Positions 50,506 to 59,538 of a stretch of DNA of 60,786 nucleotides are shown piece after piece. This DNA is from an uncultured Candidatus Saccharibacteria bacterium (GTDB lineage: Bacteria > Patescibacteriota > Minisyncoccia > Phycocordibacterales > JACOZG01): NCBI GenBank assembly GCA_964399075.1, contig CAYNPK010000004.1:1-60786 (forward strand), given 5' to 3'. Below the pieces are notes generated by a model. That model made no database searches, was not told the DNA's origin, and saw nothing but the letters and a program-made list of their open reading frames with translations. Numbering within the stretch: the first letter of the stretch is position 1; each line of letters begins with the position of its first letter. The position numbers and the translations under genes are program-made.

Positions 50506-51615
50506 TTAATCAAAACTTTGCAAATGTCTTAAGGCCAAACCGATGGACACGGCGAATCCGGGACCGGCTTCTGACAGCACATTAGTCAAGAAAGCTGGCG
50601 CCTCAACCTTATCGAAAGGTTTACCCAACTCCACTGGTATTTCGAAACTGTTGTTAGCAACTTCCAATAGGCCTCGCAGTAGAGCGCCACTACCAATCAA
50701 AATTATTTTATTCACCGAGCGCTGTTGCTTTTGTTGATAATCAGCAATCACTCGATTAGCTTCGGAAAAAATATATTCCAAAATACTATTCACGGTCGGT
50801 GCCAAATCCTGACCATCAAATCGTTCTACCAAGCCAACCTTGCGCTTAATTTCCTCAGCCTTGGTGAAGTCCACGCCAAGCGAGCGAGACAAAGCGAGAG
50901 TAATGTCCTGCGCCCCCTTGGCAATCGTGTGCGACAGGCGCACAACGCCATAATCAATAATTGCTAACTTACTAGTGGCGGCACCGAGATCAATCATCGC
51001 CGTGGCCGACATCTCACCGCCAAAGACTGAACGAATGGCACTGAAAGTCTCAATTTCAAAAAAGTCCGTATTCCAACCAAGCGATCGCGAAAAGTCTTGA
51101 GACTGGTTAATCATCGAGTTGTGGATAGCGACAACCAGCACTTGCAAAACATTTTGAGTCTCATCCAAATTAAGTTTCTGATTAGGGATCGCCCACCAAT
51201 CCAAAGCCACTTCGGAAATCGGCACCGGAATATACTTACGAGCTTCAATCGGCACAATCTTTGCCAACATCTGATTGCTCACTTTAGGCACTTCAATAAT
51301 CATCAACAGACTAGAGCTCAAGGGAATACCAATAGAAGCTTGATTAGTCGTAATATTAGCCTCGCGAGTTAAATCTTTAAGCGTTTCCACTAATTTGTCG
51401 GGCGACAAAACCGCCGCTTGTCCAACGGCTAAGTTGCGGTAGGGTCCGGTGGCAATCTCCCCGTAAGTTTCCAGAATCGCCCGACCTTTGTCTCGGCGTA
51501 ATTGAATAATTTTTACCGATGAGGTTCCGATATCCACTCCAATGACACTGCGATTCTGTTTTTGCCAAAGACCAAGCTTGCGAAAGTTAAAAAGATCTCC
51601 CAAGAAGTTGGCCAT
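50506..51615 (-). CDS. pilM: Pilus assembly protein PilM
   Basis: IGVDIGTSSVKI, EARKYIP, IDLGA, GSGA.L.GL actin-like motifs. Confidence 0.93.
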   Translation of the reverse strand: MANFLGDLFNFRKLGLWQKQNRSVIGVDIGTSSVKIIQLRRDKGRAILETYGEIATGPYRNLAVGQAAVLSPDKLVETLKDLTREANITTNQASIGIPLSSSLLMIIEVPKVSNQMLAKIVPIEARKYIPVPISEVALDWWAIPNQKLNLDETQNVLQVLVVAIHNSMINQSQDFSRSLGWNTDFFEIETFSAIRSVFGGEMSATAMIDLGAATSKLAIIDYGVVRLSHTIAKGAQDITLALSRSLGVDFTKAEEIKRKVGLVERFDGQDLAPTVNSILEYIFSEANRVIADYQQKQQRSVNKIILIGSGALLRGLLEVANNSFEIPVELGKPFDKVEAPAFLTNVLSEAGPGFAVSIGLALRHLQSFD

Positions 51616-51674
51616 AAAAAAAATTAATACTTGCTGACAGATTTAGTATATCATAAGGATAAGAAAACGATTAG

Positions 51675-52343
51675 ATGATTAAGAGACTTATCCACAGTTG
51701 GCAAAAAATTTGTAATCTGATCTTCCCACCACGTTGTCTTAATTGTCAGGCGCCAGAAACTTATTTGTGCGCCAATTGCGCCTCGACTATCCCCCTGGCT
51801 GATAATTCTGAATTAATAAACAGCCTAGCTTTGTTTAACTATAGTGATAAGCGCGTTAAAAAATTAATTTGGCTATTGAAGTATCGCGGAGCGCACTCAA
51901 TTGCGCCAACGGGCGCGAAATTGTTGTATGAGATGCTCTTAGAACAATTGTCTGATTGGCAAATGTTTGACGGCGGAGATCAGAATCCCTGGCTCTTGAT
52001 TGCTATCCCCTTAGATGCTCGCCGACAGAAAGAGCGGGGCTTTAATCAATCAGGCAAGCTGGCTCAAGCCCTAAGAGATTGCAATCCCAAATTATTTGAT
52101 TATCAAGCGCTGGCTTTAACTAGAATTAAGAGCGTCCCCAGCCAAGTCTCCGTCGCCACGCGCGCTAAAAGATTGAAAAATCTCCAAGGCGTCTTCCGCG
52201 CCGATCCTGCCACGGTCCGCGGGCGCCGAGTGATTGTCATCGACGATGTGATTACCACCGGCGCCACAATGACAGAGGCGCGACGAGCGCTAAAGAAAGC
52301 CGGCGCCCGCTCGGTGCTGGGACTAGCCATCGCGCATGGGTGA
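51675..52343 (+). CDS. comF: ComF-family phosphoribosyltransferase-like competence protein
   Basis: PPRC..C...C..C, ERGFNQS, VIDDVITTGAT. Confidence 0.9.
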   Translation: MIKRLIHSWQKICNLIFPPRCLNCQAPETYLCANCASTIPLADNSELINSLALFNYSDKRVKKLIWLLKYRGAHSIAPTGAKLLYEMLLEQLSDWQMFDGGDQNPWLLIAIPLDARRQKERGFNQSGKLAQALRDCNPKLFDYQALALTRIKSVPSQVSVATRAKRLKNLQGVFRADPATVRGRRVIVIDDVITTGATMTEARRALKKAGARSVLGLAIAHG

Positions 52344-52539
52344 AAAAATTAAATGTCCTAGTAATTTTCTCGATCATATTTTTTACTTTATTAAATCATC
52401 ACCATACTACTTCCAACCTTGATTTTTCGAAATGTGATTCTTGGCGGTGTTTTTTGGATGAAGTTCGAACTTTCTTTGAGCGAAAAGACCGATGATTGCC
52501 CCACCACTGCAAGGCGCAAAACCGAAGCGCTCACATTCG

Positions 52540-53052
52540 TCACATTTTCCGGCTGTCATACGCCCAGTGCAGAACCGCCTGCCTTTGCGTCGGCCGGCAA
52601 GTTAAATCTTTTGGCCGGCAATTCTTCTTGATCTGCGATACGTGCCGGCAAATGACAATCCAGCGCTTGATCTGTCGTTCGTCTTCGCCCGGAAGCCGTC
52701 TGCCCATGTAGTAGCGGCAATACCACTGGAACCAACCGCGAGGATCGTGCTCCTCATTGATCCATCCCTTTTCCTGCCAGACTTCCAGCGGCTGGCTGGC
52801 ATGTTTATGGAAAAAGTTGAGCGTGTCGTCGTGATGTTCGGGCGAAAGTTTGGCGCGGGTAAACCAGTCTTTTGGAAACTCCTTTTTGCAATCGGTCATA
52901 TACTTGCCGCCAAAGACGCCGAGCGCGAGCATTTGTTTTGGCGTAAGCTCCGGTTTGAAATCCGGATGAAAATTCCGTCCTACCGGCTCGGTAAGCTGGT
53001 ATTTGTAACCCTTCTGAAACTTATCGTTTACTTTTACGGTCTTTTTTCTCAT
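52540..53052 (-). CDS. Conserved hypothetical protein
   Basis: FKPELTPKQML.LGVFGGKY, DPRGWFQWYCRYY.GRR, RQ..LHWAYD; family function unknown to me. Confidence 0.75.
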   Translation of the reverse strand: MRKKTVKVNDKFQKGYKYQLTEPVGRNFHPDFKPELTPKQMLALGVFGGKYMTDCKKEFPKDWFTRAKLSPEHHDDTLNFFHKHASQPLEVWQEKGWINEEHDPRGWFQWYCRYYMGRRLPGEDERQIKRWIVICRHVSQIKKNCRPKDLTCRPTQRQAVLHWAYDSRKM

Positions 53053-53061
53053 AAATATTTG

Positions 53062-53541
53062 TTATCGGCTTACAAGATACACAACCAAGAGAAGCAACCC
53101 TCCCCACCAGCCGATGTCGGAAGCAATGAGACTCGCCATGATTTTCTTTTGCCAAGAAGCCGGCAAGAGTTCTCCGGACCGCCCTTCTTCCTCACGCTTC
53201 AATAAAAACGGGCTGACTTTGAAAGACAGAAAATAGCCGTTCAAGATGAGAGCGAGCGCGATCACCGCATGGATGAGCGGAATGCCAACAAAGCTTTGCG
53301 CGCGGTAGAAAATCAGGCCGCCTAAAATGACAAGCATAATACCGGCCCAGATCATTGGCTTGGTCACTTTGTGTGTGCGCGTGGTGGCTTCGGTCCAATA
53401 CGATGACTTTCGTCCAAGAAAACCGTGAATATCAATGACCGTCACCGCGCCAAGGCCGATTACAAAACCGGCGAGGAATATGAACAACCCAATAACTTCT
53501 ATCCAGATTGATTCAAATAACATATTTTTATTCAATCTCAA
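53062..53541 (-). CDS. Hypothetical integral membrane protein
   Basis: Four hydrophobic segments. Confidence 0.65.
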   Translation of the reverse strand: MRLNKNMLFESIWIEVIGLFIFLAGFVIGLGAVTVIDIHGFLGRKSSYWTEATTRTHKVTKPMIWAGIMLVILGGLIFYRAQSFVGIPLIHAVIALALILNGYFLSFKVSPFLLKREEEGRSGELLPASWQKKIMASLIASDIGWWGGLLLLVVYLVSR

Positions 53542-54160
53542 TCATTACTTCGTTTCTATAGAGCCACGGGGCGGTAAATGGCGCATTGTAGCCGGCGTAT
53601 TCAGGTAATCCTTTCGGTTTAATAGAATCTCTTTCCAAAAATTTGGACAATTCTTGTTTTTTACCTGCGACACGTAGGTCGTTTCTAAACCAAGAAAACC
53701 TAAGTACCGCTACTTTTCTTGCCTCTTGCGGGACAATCTTCACTTCGGGATTATTTGGTTTCGGAAGCGTCTCAAGCGTATATTCAAATGGCATAACAAA
53801 TGAAATAATTCTTTTTTTATTATCCCCGGTTTCAACTACTGGCGCCATCATAGGCAAAACCTCGCTTTCTTTTTCCACCACAGGCGTAGTCATGGCAATA
53901 CCAGTTTGTTTCGTGTTATTGCCGAAAATATAATCAGCCAGAAGACGAAAGCCCTGATTCATTGCTTCATCATAAGTACCGGATACTTCAACTTGAGCTA
54001 TGAGGTATGGTTTATACGAACGTATTTCGTACCCTTCACTCTTCTCTACGACAGTATATTCAGGTGTCTTTACTGAGCGATTGAAAAAATAACTAATCGC
54101 TGTCCACACGAGAAGTATGGCGACGATGACCAAAAGTATTATGTACATGTTTTTTTTCAT
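53528..54160 (-). CDS. SOUL heme-binding family protein
   Basis: YEIRSY, GFRLLADYIFGNN, IAMTTPV, ISFVMP, RNEVMIEI; likely start ATG 54160. Confidence 0.88.
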   Translation of the reverse strand: MKKNMYIILLVIVAILLVWTAISYFFNRSVKTPEYTVVEKSEGYEIRSYKPYLIAQVEVSGTYDEAMNQGFRLLADYIFGNNTKQTGIAMTTPVVEKESEVLPMMAPVVETGDNKKRIISFVMPFEYTLETLPKPNNPEVKIVPQEARKVAVLRFSWFRNDLRVAGKKQELSKFLERDSIKPKGLPEYAGYNAPFTAPWLYRNEVMIEIE

Positions 54161-54162
54161 AA

Positions 54163-54585
54163 TTATTTTATTGTTATTAAAATAGCGCCGAAAGCCATTA
54201 TGATTGCGCCGATAGATGTCTGCCAACTAAGTTTTTCTCCTAGAAAAACTGCCGCCAGAACAATAACAAAGACCAAACTTAGCCTGTCTATGGCCGCCAC
54301 TTTGCCAGCCATTCCTTCTTTAAGCGCGTAAAAATAAAAGAGCCATGAAATAGCTCCCGCGATACCCGCCAAAGCAATCAACAGCCACTCTTTTTGATTA
54401 AATGAGGAAAGACTGAAACCTTGAAATTTTTTTAAACTAAACGCGGTTAAAAATAAAAAACCGGCCATTATAATAGAACGGATAGTTGTTGCCAAAGTTG
54501 GATCAATATTTTTCAAACCCATCTTGGCGAATATTGCCACTAGGGCCGCCGCAATAGCGGATAAAAAAGCATAAACTAACCACAT
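54163..54585 (-). CDS. EamA/DMT family transporter
   Basis: AIFAKMGLK.IDPTLAT.IR, SWLFYFYALK.G, IDRLSLVF. Confidence 0.88.
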   Translation of the reverse strand: MWLVYAFLSAIAAALVAIFAKMGLKNIDPTLATTIRSIIMAGFLFLTAFSLKKFQGFSLSSFNQKEWLLIALAGIAGAISWLFYFYALKEGMAGKVAAIDRLSLVFVIVLAAVFLGEKLSWQTSIGAIIMAFGAILITIK

Positions 54586-54604
54586 ATTGAATTTATTATA
54601 ACAT

Positions 54605-54892
54605 CTATTTTAGATAACTATCAAAATAAACGGCATGGCAAGTATATCCGCTCGGATTTTTTTGCAAATAATCCTGATGATAATCTTCCGCCGGATAAAA
54701 CACATCCAAAGGCTCTAAAGAAGTCATCACCAGATCTTTCCAGCGTTTGGATTTGTTGACCACGCCAATAAAATTTTCCGCTTCTTTCCTTTCCTCTTTG
54801 TTTCCATAAAAATCGCCGAGCGATTCTTCCAGTCCCCAGAAGCAACCCCCGGCTAAAACTATTTTTTTAGACATATTATTATTTTCCTTCAA
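54605..54892 (-). pseudogene. msrA: MsrA with large in-frame internal deletion
   Basis: Retains GGCFWG and FYPAEDYHQDY but lacks the central conserved block. Confidence 0.75.
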
Positions 54893-55241
54893 TAAATTTC
54901 ATTGAAATAGAGTTGACGCAGTGACGGATGTTTTTGTCGGTCAGATGTTCGCCTAGAAACACGTGTCCCAAATGCCCTCCGCAACGAGCGCAGGTAATTT
55001 CGGTTCTGATTCCATCGGCATCAAGAGTGCGCTTCACCGCACCATCTATCTCATCATCAAAGCTCGGCCAACCGCAAGTGCTTTCAAATTTATCTTTGGA
55101 ATTATAGAGTGGCGTATTGCACTGCCGGCACACATATACGCCATGGGAGGTATTGTTCACATACTCACCCGCAAAAGGCGCCTCCGTGCCCTTGTCAATT
55201 ATCACCCGCTTTTCTTCGGGAGTTAGTTTGTTTAAGTTCAT
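54879..55241 (-). CDS. msrB: Methionine sulfoxide reductase B
   Basis: GTEAPF.GEY, C..C, CGWPSF, RTEI.C..C.GHLGHVF, RHCVNS. Confidence 0.95.
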   Translation of the reverse strand: MNLNKLTPEEKRVIIDKGTEAPFAGEYVNNTSHGVYVCRQCNTPLYNSKDKFESTCGWPSFDDEIDGAVKRTLDADGIRTEITCARCGGHLGHVFLGEHLTDKNIRHCVNSISMKFIEGK

Positions 55242-55275
55242 CGGTTTAATTATACATTAAACACTTGATGTAAGG

Positions 55276-55395
55276 ATGTAAGACAGATTGCTCCAAGGTG
55301 GTGAAGTCGGAGGCGGTGTGGGTTTGGGCTTGCCGGAGGTCTTGGACTTTTGCCAAAAGCACATCCAGCCGTGCCACGATCTCTTTTTGTTTTAG
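55276..55395 (-). pseudogene. Relic of type I R-M specificity subunit (HsdS) C-terminus
   Basis: My translation LKQKEIVARLDVLLAKVQDLRQAQTHTASDFTTLEQSVLH fits the HsdS conserved helix pattern; not in the ORF track. Confidence 0.65.
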
Positions 55396-55410
55396 CGAAA
55401 TTCGGGCGGG

Positions 55411-56280
55411 CTAGGATTTCTGAAGAATTTCAAGAATTGTTTTGTCTTGAGCTACGACGAAACTTTCACAATTTTTTGAAATTCTTTCGTTTATCTCCCT
55501 TTCTTTTTCTTCTGTAATTTTAAATCTTTTTTCCTTTAATTCGTCGCTCGTTAAAACAATACAAATTTTTGGAGTGAGTGGAAACATACTAAAATAGTTT
55601 AAATCGCCCGTAACAAAACTTTTTCCCTCTAGAAATAACCAATTATAGTTTTTGATAAATCGTTTCCACTCATGTATGTTCTCACCAAATGCAACAGTAA
55701 GTTTCTTATTTTTAGTTAAACTGGCTTCAAAATTTACCGAATCGATATTATTCATTCCATCTTGAAGCTGTTCGATGCTAACTAAATTACCGGTATCTGC
55801 CAAATATTCTTTTTGTATTTTTTGTAATTCTTCTTCCGAGTATTTTTTTGATTTAATCTTGTTTTTTATGTGCGGAAGAACAGAATCATTTAAAATTTTA
55901 TCTACGAAGTTTGAAAATTTATCTATGTGACTTGGTTTCCTAAAGATCGCAAGACTCATAAAGAGAGCAATGATTTCTCTGTCATCTACTTTTAAATCTA
56001 TATTATTTTCTACTTTCTCCCGAATAATTTTTAAAAAATCTGCCTCAACTTCTCCAAGTTTTTGTTCAAGATCAGGATAAACTGATTTTCCATTATCGTC
56101 TTCTAATAAATAATAATTAGCTGGCTTATTGGCAATATTTTTTGGATCTTTGTTTTTTATTTGTTTTGTCTTTAAATCAAGCTTCCATACATAAGGGCTA
56201 TCTTTCACTGTATTTTTAAATGGACGATTTGGATCTGCCCATTGTTCCATGTATGCACGATTTACCCAATGAAGATCCAC
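55411..56280 (-). CDS. DUF4238-like protein
   Basis: HWVNRAYMEQW N-terminal motif, FVTGD, FPLTPKICI. Confidence 0.65.
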   Translation of the reverse strand: MDLHWVNRAYMEQWADPNRPFKNTVKDSPYVWKLDLKTKQIKNKDPKNIANKPANYYLLEDDNGKSVYPDLEQKLGEVEADFLKIIREKVENNIDLKVDDREIIALFMSLAIFRKPSHIDKFSNFVDKILNDSVLPHIKNKIKSKKYSEEELQKIQKEYLADTGNLVSIEQLQDGMNNIDSVNFEASLTKNKKLTVAFGENIHEWKRFIKNYNWLFLEGKSFVTGDLNYFSMFPLTPKICIVLTSDELKEKRFKITEEKEREINERISKNCESFVVAQDKTILEILQKS

Positions 56281-56282
56281 TT

Positions 56283-56879
56283 TTAAACACCGCTGGTTAG
56301 GTTGCTAAAAACTTTAAGTGCTTGATTTTGCTTTGAAGAAAATTCTCGTCTGAAAATTAAAAAATTTTCTTCATTGTCTGGTAAATTATGAATTATTAAA
56401 ATTAATTCTTTCCATAGTTTTTCTAAACCAACAGGAACCTCCTTGCCATGTTGAAGATTTGTAAAATAGTAATCAAATTTATTATTTTCTAAATTTAAAA
56501 TATTTTTTAATTTATCCCTTAACTCTTCTTTATTTTCTACTCCTGAATTTATCAGATCATGGAGTGTCCATATCATAAAAATAGAATATAGATTTTTCAT
56601 ATCGTTCTGGTTATATTCTTTAATTGTTCCGATAAGTGAATTTGGTCCAGGTTTGAAAAACAAATCAATCATTTTTTGTGCTACACCCTCTAAAGCAAAT
56701 ACACCAAAAAAAGATTCCTCCATCCCGCTACATGTTTTTTGAATGTTTCGACTGATTTCGTTATAAACAGGCACAGTAATACTATTAAAATAACCAACTT
56801 TTCCACTTAACATATCAAATATGCTCATATAATTTTTATTTATTTTGCTTTCGGCCGTATCTAACAAACCAATAAGCAA
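56283..56879 (-). CDS. Hypothetical protein
   Basis: Long AT-rich ORF in tandem with neighbours; true start may be downstream. Confidence 0.55.
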   Translation of the reverse strand: MLIGLLDTAESKINKNYMSIFDMLSGKVGYFNSITVPVYNEISRNIQKTCSGMEESFFGVFALEGVAQKMIDLFFKPGPNSLIGTIKEYNQNDMKNLYSIFMIWTLHDLINSGVENKEELRDKLKNILNLENNKFDYYFTNLQHGKEVPVGLEKLWKELILIIHNLPDNEENFLIFRREFSSKQNQALKVFSNLTSGV

Positions 56880-57039
56880 ACATTATTACTAATAATATAC
56901 CGCCAAAGAAAAGTGTATCGAGAAATAAAGAGCCGAAAGCACTCTCCTTTTCTGATTGGATAAAGAGTTTGGAAAACGCCAAAAGTAAAAACCACCAATT
57001 GCGACCTAAGTAATTTTTAAAAGTATATTTTTCGTTCAT
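56836..57039 (-). CDS. Small membrane protein
   Basis: 67 aa, two hydrophobic segments. Confidence 0.5.
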   Translation of the reverse strand: MNEKYTFKNYLGRNWWFLLLAFSKLFIQSEKESAFGSLFLDTLFFGGILLVIMFAYWFVRYGRKQNK

Positions 57040-57043
57040 AAAT

Positions 57044-57706
57044 TTAATTATTGACTTTTACTCCCAAAGAAATTGCACCGTCTAGTAATTTTTGCGGAAC
57101 AACTGACAAGGGTCGGATTTCTTTCTCATATCCTCTTATAATTTCTTCTCCGTCATTCAAAATTTGATCCAATGTAGGAATTGAATCTACTGCCAATACC
57201 GCCTTTTGATATTCTGGCAGTTGGTCTCTCTGTCTTTTTTCATTTGCTGAATAATAATTTTTGAAATTATCAGAATTTACTAAGCCCCACATTAAACTTT
57301 CATAGCAATATACTTCTAACGCATGTTGGATGTCTTTATCTTTCAATTGCTTCATGGTTATCACTTTGGTAGTTTTGGAAAACTTTACTGGTTTGACGGC
57401 CTCTCTTGGATTATTACTATTTCCTCTTTCAATCCATTGCTTTTTCAGATTTTCTGTTTCCGCACTAATGTCCAATGCGTCTTTGCTGTTCCAGTCCATA
57501 TCTCTGAACATACTAGCGATAATTTGCAAAGCAACGTTAGGACGGCATGCGCCAATACTTGCAGACCAATCAATCATTTGGTCAATCGCAGAATCAAGTA
57601 TGAGACTATCAACCACAGCTTCCGAGCTGAATAAACCACGTCTTCGTGGCCAACCCATGTGGCTCAAGAGTCCTACAACATAATAAAATCCGAAAATAGA
57701 TTGCAT
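57044..57706 (-). CDS. Hypothetical protein
   Basis: 220-aa ORF directly downstream of the XRE gene. Confidence 0.6.
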   Translation of the reverse strand: MQSIFGFYYVVGLLSHMGWPRRRGLFSSEAVVDSLILDSAIDQMIDWSASIGACRPNVALQIIASMFRDMDWNSKDALDISAETENLKKQWIERGNSNNPREAVKPVKFSKTTKVITMKQLKDKDIQHALEVYCYESLMWGLVNSDNFKNYYSANEKRQRDQLPEYQKAVLAVDSIPTLDQILNDGEEIIRGYEKEIRPLSVVPQKLLDGAISLGVKVNN

Positions 57707-57718
57707 AAATATTGAAAG

Positions 57719-57916
57719 TTATTTTAATAATTCCTCAATAGAAACGCCTAACGACTTGGCGATTTTTTGGATTGTTTGAACGCTTGGTTTGGTAACAACA
57801 CCACCCTCAATTTTTGTAAGGGTAGAGTATTTGATGTCCGCTTTCTTCGCCAAGTCGTCTTGCGTCAATCCTTGTTTTGCTCGTATTCGCTTAATGTTCT
57901 GTGATATAGTTGCCAT
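57719..57916 (-). CDS. XRE-family HTH regulator
   Basis: NIKRIR...GLTQDDLA...STLTKIE.G...PSVQTIQKIAKSLGVSIEEL. Confidence 0.92.
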   Translation of the reverse strand: MATISQNIKRIRAKQGLTQDDLAKKADIKYSTLTKIEGGVVTKPSVQTIQKIAKSLGVSIEELLK

Positions 57917-58059
57917 AGTATGCTACTTTTGATAGTATAGAAATATGAGTCATTACTTTCTTTGCTCACAAAACAATGATAGCAAAAATTATGGATTTTA
58001 TCAATCTGTATTTTCTGATTTTGTAGCCGCCGAATTTCCGAAAACCCCCAGTCCGAAAC

Positions 58060-58151
58060 CCGACCGCATTTTTGCTTCCGATTCCGATTTTCAATTTTGG
58101 CGGTACCTTTTGGTTGAAATTCTAACCTTTTTTGAACAGAACCCCGACTGA
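58060..58151 (+). pseudogene. Recombinase 3'-end / attP-like scar
   Basis: 58060-58103 is 38/44 identical to 1799-1842; reads SDSDFQFWRYLLVEILTFFEQNPD*. Confidence 0.7.
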
Positions 58152-58251
58152 CCACGCGCCGAGCGCGTGGTGGCTCTGAACGAAATCTTACGCTCCGAGA
58201 AAACTGGTAATTCTGTTGGTGCGTTTCCGCTTGCCTCCGCTTTGCTACGAC

Positions 58252-58347
58252 AAACCAAAACAGAAATTTTTTCATTACATTTTTTATTTTTTTCTGCCCC
58301 CCATTTTTTTCTTTTAATTGGAGATGAAAAAATTTCTGTTTTGGTTT
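58252..58347. repeat. Perfect 24-bp inverted repeat within a multi-hairpin non-coding tract
   Basis: aaaccaaaacagaaattttttcat / atgaaaaaatttctgttttggttt; also a 12-bp IR (58221-58232 with 58364-58375) and a 15-bp IR (58389-58441). Confidence 0.85.
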
Positions 58348-58480
58348 TCTCTTAATCAGAGAAAAGCGGAAACGCTCTAATCTTAATCGCAAAAGGGCAA
58401 AAATTCCTTCCCCCCAACCCCCTTCCTTTTTGCCCTTTTGCTCTTCGGGCTCCGCCCGATTTTTTTCGGCGGGTGGGCAA

Positions 58481-59536
58481 TTATAGAGAATTAAGATATC
58501 CTTCAATATCGTCCGCAACGGCTTCATCAAATTCATCGACAAATTCTGCATCAATAACCTCACCAAGATATTCGTCGCCCTCCTCATAGTATACAGCCGT
58601 TGGCACACCAACATAACAACCTTGACCATCTACGGCTAATCCTCCCGAATTGCCACTAACAATTTTTGCAGAAGTAATAATATAGCCATCTTGAGAATAT
58701 AAACTACTTATTAAACCATCGGTGATTGTGAGAGATCCACCGCTGAGAGGAGGATATCCAACGACAAACAATTTGTCTCCAAGCTGAATGGGGGTATTAA
58801 AACAATCCTCTGTTATTTCAAAATAAGAAAATAAACCATTTGATATTTTGTCATAATATCCATAGACATTGTAATCCTCGTCAAACAAGGGTTCCTCTAT
58901 AGATAGATAAGCTAGATCATGACCCGTAACATTGTCCTTATCAATAATTGGAGTTGCCCAATATGCTTCTTTTATCAAACCAGTTTCAGGGTCAGGAAAT
59001 CCTATAACACATCTACCTTCTACATCTTCAACGATATGTAAGTTTGTAAGGACATAACCATTACTATCAAAATTAGTACCTGAACCGAAATAAAAATAAT
59101 CAAAATCTTCGCAAACTACTTTTACTACCGAACTAAATATTTTTCTTTGATTTGGAAATTGAAATTTTGTCTCATCAAATAAAGGGTTAGCATCTTCAAT
59201 CTCATAATATTGGAGGTGTGAGAACCATTCTTCATCGCTGATACTTTCTGATTCAAAAAGATTCGGATCATCGAAATAACCTACTGGCTGAATACTGGGG
59301 TCAAGCTCGTCTAGGAAAGAAGATATGTAATCATCTTCGGGGGCGTAATCACCAAGATAAGTAAATGCGTATAAGCCAACCGCTACTATGATTGCCAATA
59401 CAAGTAAGATTTTCCAAGCATAACTACCCCAACTTTTCTTTTGTTCTGTTGGCATTTCTGGTGATAAAACTTGTCCACAAAAATTACAAAATTTATTACC
59501 TTCTTTTATTTCTTTTCCACAGTATTTGCAAAACAT
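58481..59536 (-). CDS. Zinc-ribbon + TM + trypsin-like serine protease
   Basis: MFCKYCG...FCNFCG, TM helix, triad motifs TNLHIV, HDLA, SGNSGG. Confidence 0.82.
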   Translation of the reverse strand: MFCKYCGKEIKEGNKFCNFCGQVLSPEMPTEQKKSWGSYAWKILLVLAIIVAVGLYAFTYLGDYAPEDDYISSFLDELDPSIQPVGYFDDPNLFESESISDEEWFSHLQYYEIEDANPLFDETKFQFPNQRKIFSSVVKVVCEDFDYFYFGSGTNFDSNGYVLTNLHIVEDVEGRCVIGFPDPETGLIKEAYWATPIIDKDNVTGHDLAYLSIEEPLFDEDYNVYGYYDKISNGLFSYFEITEDCFNTPIQLGDKLFVVGYPPLSGGSLTITDGLISSLYSQDGYIITSAKIVSGNSGGLAVDGQGCYVGVPTAVYYEEGDEYLGEVIDAEFVDEFDEAVADDIEGYLNSL

Positions 59537-59538
59537 AT

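Noticed and set aside
57865-58629. 254-aa minus-strand ORF across the hairpin tract
   Set aside because: Overlaps two better-supported genes and reads through structured non-coding DNA with biased K/R/F composition.
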